Below are positions 33,437 to 39,060 of a stretch of DNA of 39,060 nt, one piece after another. The number at the start of each line of letters is the position of its first letter. The stretch's first letter is position 1. The notes under the pieces are model-generated. The model was not told the origin of the DNA. It was given only the letters and a program-made list of their open reading frames with translations, and did not search any database. Made by a program: the position numbers and the translations under genes. The DNA comes from a virus (taxonomy: Duplodnaviria; Heunggongvirae; Uroviricota; Caudoviricetes), in the IMG/VR virus record IMGVR_UViG_3300032007_000006, positions 313,360-352,419 of that record, one strand, 5' to 3'.

Positions 33437-33961
33437 TTACTTTTTCTTTCTTCCTGCGCTAATGCAGGAAGACTTTTTTCTTTTCACCTTCGGCACTGTC
33501 ATAGGAGCCCATTCAATGGACCTGAACAGATCATCATTCTTCTTCAGCACTTCAAGAATGCTCTCTGGACTGGACTTCTTCAGTTCATCCCTCTCCTTCT
33601 CCAAGTCATTGCCTCTCTTGACAAGCCTGTTGTACTCCTTTGCTGGCCTGTTCCACCCCTCAGCCGCTTCATCCCTGGTAGGACTCAATGGACCTTTTGC
33701 TCCACATTTCTCGCAAAACACCACCCAGTGCTGGCCATCATGCCTGCCTCCAACTGCAATCGACTGCCTTGTGAACGTCAGTACGTTGCCTCCACAGAAT
33801 GGGCATGGATAGATACTCCACTTCTTTGGTGGCTCCTTCTTTGGCTTCTCTTGACCAGCTCCATTATTCACGTTCACTACCGTAGGAGCATAGACATTGC
33901 TTGTCGAAGCCTTCGGAGGATCAGGTTCCCAGCCAAACATGCTCAAGATGGTTTCAAGCAT
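33437..33961 (-). CDS. protein with Lar-like zinc ribbon
   Basis: YPCPFCGG...VFCEKCGAKGP...EAAEGWNR. Confidence 0.7.
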   Translation of the reverse strand: MLETILSMFGWEPDPPKASTSNVYAPTVVNVNNGAGQEKPKKEPPKKWSIYPCPFCGGNVLTFTRQSIAVGGRHDGQHWVVFCEKCGAKGPLSPTRDEAAEGWNRPAKEYNRLVKRGNDLEKERDELKKSSPESILEVLKKNDDLFRSIEWAPMTVPKVKRKKSSCISAGRKKK

Positions 33962-34169
33962 AATTTCGTCTCCTACTTGTAGTGGCAGAAGTTTTTAAGA
34001 TAGTATCTGGCCAGCTTCATTCCGAAGTGGTCAAACTTACTGTCCAGCCATCTAAGAACTTTCACTATTGCTTTCATGACTGCATACTCTCACGAAACAG
34101 AAAAAATGTCAAGAAAAAGGTCCAGCAATGCTGGACCATACAGAAACACCGTCTAATGCGGAATGACAG

Positions 34170-34601
34170 CTACACTACGAAATTCAGCATTGCGGGAAGC
34201 TTGGTTCCATCAATTCCGTTCATCACTTCAAGCATTGCAACGCCTTTGGCCAGACCATCTGCATAGGCCTTTGCATCCTGCATTTTGAAGTCTCCATCCA
34301 GATCCACATGAAGATAGAACATCTCTCCAGACTTTCCATTCATGTTGTATCTAATCTCAGGATGATATCCACTGCCGCATCCAATGACTGAAATTGTATA
34401 CCATCCACTAGGCTTTCCCTTGGAATTGAGTCTGGAAAAGGCCTTCTTCAATTGATAGCCATTCTTGGCGCAGGCCTTGAGAAGCTTCTTCACTAATGGA
34501 TTGGTGCTGTCTATTTCATCTGGACTGGAAAGAAGCTTCTTGTCGGCTTCAACAATCAATTCTTCATATCCTCTGTCCATGTATTCTTTAAGTGACTTCA
34601 T
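34170..34601 (-). CDS. putative virion internal protein (CTS-like; paralog of 36604-36984)
   Basis: MKSLKEYM...IVE-A; CAKNGYQLKKAF; GTAAATA at 34625-34631. Confidence 0.7.
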   Translation of the reverse strand: MKSLKEYMDRGYEELIVEADKKLLSSPDEIDSTNPLVKKLLKACAKNGYQLKKAFSRLNSKGKPSGWYTISVIGCGSGYHPEIRYNMNGKSGEMFYLHVDLDGDFKMQDAKAYADGLAKGVAMLEVMNGIDGTKLPAMLNFVV

Positions 34602-34634
34602 TGCAACCATTTGAACAATGAAAATATTTACAAT

Positions 34635-34934
34635 CTATTCCTGAAGAACAAGTTCTCCATTTTGATCAATGGCCAGCCTTCCCAGATCCTGCAGAGAAAT
34701 CCCCTGCGAACGAGCAAGCCGCAGTCCTTCATTGACGCTGATCCGAGCAATGTTAGGCAGCTTCTTCCAGTCGCCATACTTGTCCTCGGTCCATTTCACA
34801 TACACGTCACTGGCCAGACCGTTGCAGTCAAGGCAGGCCTTGGTGGCCTTTCCCTCCTCTTCCCAGTGTATTTCATCATTTTCGGCATCATAAAAGCATC
34901 CATTGAACATTTTAACAATTGAAACGTTGTCCAT
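34635..34934 (-). CDS. hypothetical protein (paralog of 23333-23638)
   Basis: GGAGG SD; shared motifs. Confidence 0.8.
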   Translation of the reverse strand: MDNVSIVKMFNGCFYDAENDEIHWEEEGKATKACLDCNGLASDVYVKWTEDKYGDWKKLPNIARISVNEGLRLARSQGISLQDLGRLAIDQNGELVLQE

Positions 34935-34964
34935 AGCATTCCTCCATCTATGTTACTTCTTCAT

Positions 34965-35352
34965 TTAAGACGCCATCATGGCGCACTTGGCTTTATCATG
35001 ACGACGCTTGGCTTCAAGCATTCCAGCGGCGCACCAGTTCATGCCCTTGCTCGAATTGAAAATTTTCGAGAAGGCGGCATAGGCGGCATAGGCCTGCTCT
35101 GAATCCTTGATAGGAACAAAATTCTTGCTGTCTTTAGAAACAACGACACGCCCTACGCCAAGCTTGGGAGAGCATGTAATCTCGGCCTTGGTGGTCCAGT
35201 TGGACACGTTGCGCCAGACAACGTAGTAGGTGCCGTTTTCATACTCAACAACGGCATTCTGGAAGCTTCTAATGGCTTCTACCGTAGGAAGAGCTTCTGT
35301 ACGCTGAATTTCAGAGGGAAGCTTGCGATGAAAGTTGAGCTGGCCCATACGC
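34965..35352 (-). CDS. hypothetical protein
   Basis: Probable start near MRMGQ after AGGAGG; exact start uncertain. Confidence 0.6.
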
Positions 35353-35455
35353 ATCCTCCTGGATGGCTGAGGTTGTGTCTGCAGCAGGAGCTCCTGCCCC
35401 GCTTGCAGAGACACTATCTCATAGACGGGAGCTTCTGTCAAGCGTTTTCTGCATG

Positions 35456-35481
35456 AAAAAGCCCCTTTAAGGGGCTTTTTT
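35456..35481. terminator. bidirectional rho-independent terminator
   Basis: AAAAAGCCCC-TTTAA-GGGGCTTTTTT. Confidence 0.85.
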
Positions 35482-35502
35482 ATAACTATTTGAAATAACT
35501 GT

Positions 35503-35928
35503 CTATTTGAAGTTAGCGATCTTCTTGACTACTTTCTGAATCTTGTTCCGTTCGTTATCGCTCCAGGTTTCATCTGGTTCAATAATTTCAAACCACAGTG
35601 GAGTGCCGTACTTGTAGACCTTCTCCGTGATGGTGTCGTAAAGTTCCCACCAGTCCTTGCTTCCTGGCTGCACTTCGGTGGCATATCCGTAGCCTTTCTT
35701 CTTCATCCACTTTTCAACGACCTGCTTTACATGCTGTTCATTGGCCGTTTCCAGATACTTCTTCGTTGCCTTGAGTTGAGCCTGCACCCGTCCCAAAACA
35801 TAGTCATTGAGAAATGAAACAATGCCGCACATCTGCTTCTGAACGGCATCCATGTCACTGACGCCTTTGCTGATGGCTTCATCAATCCTGTCGGCATTTT
35901 TATTCAGATATCCAGTAAGAGTTTTCAT
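35503..35928 (-). CDS. putative virion internal protein (CTS-like)
   Basis: MKTLTGYLN...IDE-A; GTAAATA at 35961-35967. Confidence 0.7.
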   Translation of the reverse strand: MKTLTGYLNKNADRIDEAISKGVSDMDAVQKQMCGIVSFLNDYVLGRVQAQLKATKKYLETANEQHVKQVVEKWMKKKGYGYATEVQPGSKDWWELYDTITEKVYKYGTPLWFEIIEPDETWSDNERNKIQKVVKKIANFK

Positions 35929-35995
35929 TTAATGCTTCCTTTGCTATAAAGAAGATAAAATATTTACTTTCCTGATTTCTGTCTATGCTGTGAAC

Positions 35996-36574
35996 TTAAA
36001 GAGACCTTTCTTCGGTAAAAACTGGAAGAATGTGTCCAATTCTCTGAGAATTGAACCACACAACAAAATCCACGAGGGCATTCACTTCTTCCTTGGCCTT
36101 GATCAGTTCCTTGGTGGTCATGTTCGGATGGATGCGAGCGTTAAGTTCAAGCTTGTTGGCATTCTTGGTGCTGGTTCTGTCGCCATAGAAGTCATGCCTA
36201 AAGTATACCTGCCAATCGGTAACGGACGTGGAGCCACCAGGACAGTCGAAGTTAAGCACAACATCTTCAAGCACGTTCTTAACCGTCTTGCCGTTCTTGT
36301 CGACATACTTGCAGTAGCGGATGAAGCCAGACGTAACCTTCATTCCGACTGCGGCCGCTCTTGACTTCAGATCGGCAAAGCCTTTGTGCTTGGCGCAGGC
36401 CGCTCTCAAGGCGAGAACGTCTGTAGGCATCTTTGCAAACTTTGCAAACTTTTTGTCGTCCAGCTCCTTGGCCAAGTCTTCCGTGATCATTTCAGATCTT
36501 TCAGAACAGCCATTGTCCATAATGCCTTCAAACAAGGAAGATTCCCGCATGTATTCTTTAATGCTCTTTTTCAT
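35996..36574 (-). CDS. putative virion internal protein (CTS-like)
   Basis: MKKSIKEYMRE-S...LFE-G. Confidence 0.7.
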   Translation of the reverse strand: MKKSIKEYMRESSLFEGIMDNGCSERSEMITEDLAKELDDKKFAKFAKMPTDVLALRAACAKHKGFADLKSRAAAVGMKVTSGFIRYCKYVDKNGKTVKNVLEDVVLNFDCPGGSTSVTDWQVYFRHDFYGDRTSTKNANKLELNARIHPNMTTKELIKAKEEVNALVDFVVWFNSQRIGHILPVFTEERSL

Positions 36575-36603
36575 TTTCTGCTCCATCAATATGGTAGCCA
36601 CTA

Positions 36604-36984
36604 CTATTTTGATGATGGAAGCTTTGCAAGTGGAAGAGATTCAATGGCCTTGACAACTTTAAGACATCCAGAAAGGCCAGAAAGATAGAGCTTTTCCAGC
36701 GTTTTGGAGTCGTTGACGCTTCCACTCAAGGCCAGATCCACCTGAAGAGGAGGACGATTCAACGTGCTGTAGACAATTGCGGGATGCCATCCACCACCAG
36801 ATGGCATAATCTGCAGCACAGGCTGACCACCAAGCAGAAAGGCCTTCTTCAATTGATAGCCATTCTTGGCGCAGACTGCGGCAAGCTTCTTCACTACTGC
36901 ATTCTTCATGTCCAGGTCTGGAGAAGCTTCAAACACGGCCATGTCAACTTCCGATTCCGAAATGTATTCTTTAATAGACTTCAT
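36604..36984 (-). CDS. putative virion internal protein (CTS-like)
   Basis: MKSIKEYISE-S...VFE-A; GTAAATA at 37006-37012. Confidence 0.7.
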   Translation of the reverse strand: MKSIKEYISESEVDMAVFEASPDLDMKNAVVKKLAAVCAKNGYQLKKAFLLGGQPVLQIMPSGGGWHPAIVYSTLNRPPLQVDLALSGSVNDSKTLEKLYLSGLSGCLKVVKAIESLPLAKLPSSK

Positions 36985-37027
36985 ATAATTCAATTCAATT
37001 TAAAATATTTACTTTATGGATTGAAAC

Positions 37028-37104
37028 TGGCCTCCCCAGCAGGACGCGAACCTGCGGCCTTAGGCTTCGGAAGCCTCTGCTCTGTCCATCTGAGCTATGG
37101 GGAG
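37028..37104 (-). tRNA. tRNA-Arg(CCG)
   Basis: Loop TT-CCG-AA, CCA. Confidence 0.88.
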
Positions 37105-37183
37105 AATGTCTCTTAACAGATACAGGATAGCAGAAAGGCCGGTCTCTGTCAAGCAAAAAGACCGACCTTAAAAAATATTTTCG

Positions 37184-37271
37184 TGGCGGATGCGGAGGGA
37201 TTCGAACCCCCAGATGGTTTCCCATCGCTGGTTTTCAAGACCAGTGCTTTCACCAGTTCAGCCACGCATCC
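37184..37271 (-). tRNA. tRNA-Ser(TGA)
   Basis: Loop CT-TGA-AA, long variable arm, G73, CCA. Confidence 0.93.
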
Positions 37272-37289
37272 ATTCTAGTTTCAATTCAA

Positions 37290-37375
37290 TGGCGGATGGA
37301 CGAAGTGCCGCCCTCCATCCCTTGCGGGACGCATTCATTTCGAGTGAAGCCTGAGACTGTCTCAGTTGTCCATCC
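37290..37375 (-). tRNA. tRNA-Ser(CGA), non-canonical D and T arms
   Basis: Loop CT-CGA-AA, long variable arm, G73, CCA; T-loop lacks TTC. Confidence 0.7.
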
Positions 37376-37386
37376 ATTGAAATATA

Positions 37387-37478
37387 TGGCGGAGACGGTG
37401 CGACTTGAACGCACAACAGAGGGGTTTCCTCTGCACCTGATTTCCAATCAGGCTCCTTACCAGTTAGAATACGTCTCC
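37387..37478 (-). tRNA. tRNA-Ser(GGA)
   Basis: Loop TT-GGA-AA, long variable arm, CCA. Confidence 0.92.
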
Positions 37479-37483
37479 GTTTA

Positions 37484-37558
37484 TGGAGCCTCCATCAGGA
37501 ATCAAACCCGAATCAGCTGAGTACGAATCAGCGATGTTATCAATTACACCATAGAGGC
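37484..37558 (-). tRNA. tRNA-Thr(CGT)
   Basis: Loop TT-CGT-AC, CCA. Confidence 0.85.
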
Positions 37559-37560
37559 AT

Positions 37561-37636
37561 TAAATATTTTCGGCTCTAAGCGCAGTTGGCGCTGCATTTA
37601 GAGCCTAAACACCAAATCATATTCGAGGTATGACTG
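37561..37636 (+). promoter_or_regulatory. TAAATA plus two-hairpin leader, copy 3
   Basis: See copy 1. Confidence 0.75.
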
Positions 37637-38860
37637 ATGTCTGACAATACTTATAGTTTGGAAACAATCATAGTTTCAAACCCAACTTTTTGCTTTTCCA
37701 TCCAAGAATATCAAAAAGCAAAAGTTAGAGATATGCTTCCTTGCCACTGCATAATATGCAATAAAGATTTTTACACCGAAAAACGACGTATTAATAAGTT
37801 TCTTAACGGTAAAATAAAAAATCTTTATTGTTCTAAACCATGTGCCTTTGAAGCGGCCAAAAAACCTGTAGAAAAGCATGAACCATACTATTGCGAAAAA
37901 TGTGGCAAATTTGTAGACAGTGAACAATATTATGGCAATGGTCGATTTTGCAGTGAACTATGTTCAAGGTCATATGCTTCATCGTTTGTTTCATTAGAAG
38001 ACAAACGAAAAAACTTTATACCAGCAAAAGAAAAGCGTAAAGAAATACAGATACAAAACGCTAAAAATACTCTTAACAAAGAATACAATGATTTAATTCA
38101 TAAATTAGAAAAATGGAATATTTCAGATCTAATAAAATTAAATTTATTCACAAAAGCAAATTATGATAAAATTAAAAAAGAATATGATATATCACAATAC
38201 ACATCAAAATATATTTCAGGTAGAGATGCAACAATCAACTTTTGTAGAAATGTCATTCAAAAACCAATTACAGATGGAAGCATAACAAAATCAGATTTTC
38301 AGAAAATTCAAAATATACTACAAACATTAATAGATGAAAATAAATTTACAGCTTATGAAGTATGTCAAAAATATAACTATACCAATGCTAAACATTCAGC
38401 ATCAGCATTTTTAAAAAATGTTTTCAAATTAAAATTACTTCCTAATGGTGAAGCATTAAAAGCAAGTTATTATAGAAAAAGTGGAAAAAATAAAACAAAA
38501 CACGAACGCTATTACCAAGATACTAGATTTAATATTCCATATAAAATATGGAAATATCTTCCAGGTTGGGATTTATATCTAAAATATGGAACATATAATC
38601 CAAAAACAAATCCAGATGGCGTTGATAAAGATCACATAATTTCTCGTTCATATGGAGAAAAACATAATATAGATCCATATCTTATAAAACATCCAGCTAA
38701 TTGTCAATTTTTACAACATAACATTAATCGTAAAAAATTTACAGATTGCTCATTAACAATAGATGAACTTATAGAACGTGTTCAACTTTTTAATGAGACA
38801 ATTTTAGATCCAGATTTTAATCTGGATACTTTTCCAATAAAAACATTTCATTCATTATAG
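37637..38860 (+). CDS. putative HNH-type homing endonuclease (paralog 3)
   Basis: Zn repeats; DKDHIISR...IDPYLIKHPANCQ...INRKK; very AT-rich. Confidence 0.75.
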   Translation: MSDNTYSLETIIVSNPTFCFSIQEYQKAKVRDMLPCHCIICNKDFYTEKRRINKFLNGKIKNLYCSKPCAFEAAKKPVEKHEPYYCEKCGKFVDSEQYYGNGRFCSELCSRSYASSFVSLEDKRKNFIPAKEKRKEIQIQNAKNTLNKEYNDLIHKLEKWNISDLIKLNLFTKANYDKIKKEYDISQYTSKYISGRDATINFCRNVIQKPITDGSITKSDFQKIQNILQTLIDENKFTAYEVCQKYNYTNAKHSASAFLKNVFKLKLLPNGEALKASYYRKSGKNKTKHERYYQDTRFNIPYKIWKYLPGWDLYLKYGTYNPKTNPDGVDKDHIISRSYGEKHNIDPYLIKHPANCQFLQHNINRKKFTDCSLTIDELIERVQLFNETILDPDFNLDTFPIKTFHSL

Positions 38861-38868
38861 TTTCTATT

Positions 38869-38906
38869 GAGCCTCTATAATTGCATTTATTGAACTATAG
38901 AGGCTC
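38869..38906. terminator. hairpin between convergent genes
   Basis: GAGCCTCTATA...TATAGAGGCTC. Confidence 0.6.
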
Positions 38907-38916
38907 TTGAAATCGT

Positions 38917-39060
38917 CTAGGCCACCTTTTCAGAAGCAGGCTTCCATTCAGCATCGGAAATGGAATTCAGCTCATTCAGCGCCTCTGTCATGGACTTGGT
39001 CGTGCCAGCAAGGCATTCATTGCCCTTGAACTGAATGGCCTGCTTGTATTCGTCCACGCA
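38917..39060 (-). CDS. hypothetical protein (3' end only)
   Basis: Open frame ...YKQAIQFKGNECLAGT...EKVA-TAG. Confidence 0.65.
   Translation of the reverse strand, partial: CVDEYKQAIQFKGNECLAGTTKSMTEALNELNSISDAEWKPASEKVA

Noticed and set aside
37290-37375. tRNA-Sec or stop-codon suppressor
   Set aside because: The anticodon reads CGA and the acceptor stem is 7 bp. TAG, TAA and TGA all end genes normally, so there is no sign of recoding.

Overview
This looks like a segment of a large lytic phage genome, probably T4-like or jumbo, infecting a Gram-negative host. Almost all genes are on the minus strand. The left third (1-13 kb) is an early-type region of small ORFs driven by many near-identical sigma70 promoters; it also carries RtcB, an ASCH protein, a Pal-like lipoprotein and a non-coding tandem-repeat segment. 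Across 11-25 kb and 37 kb I read 37 CCA-ending tRNA genes covering all 20 amino acids, plus three aberrant tRNA-like genes and a tmRNA. The right part encodes a CofD/YvcK-HAD fusion with an NTP transferase, an Rnl2-type RNA ligase, a C5 methyltransferase beside a probable restriction endonuclease, and late genes with T4-like capsid-targeting N-termini. The most unusual features are: (1) eight unannotated small RNA-like elements among the tRNAs, sharing a covarying terminal stem and a CWGCAA motif; (2) three AT-rich, antisense Zn-finger/HNH genes, each head-to-head with a tRNA and sharing a two-hairpin leader; (3) rrn-type boxB/boxA leaders on the stable-RNA operons; (4) a ~650-nt candidate large ncRNA; (5) a tRNA-like RNA whose enlarged anticodon loop is complementary to its own 3' trailer. 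Everything was read by eye, no searches were run, and coordinates may be off by a few bases.
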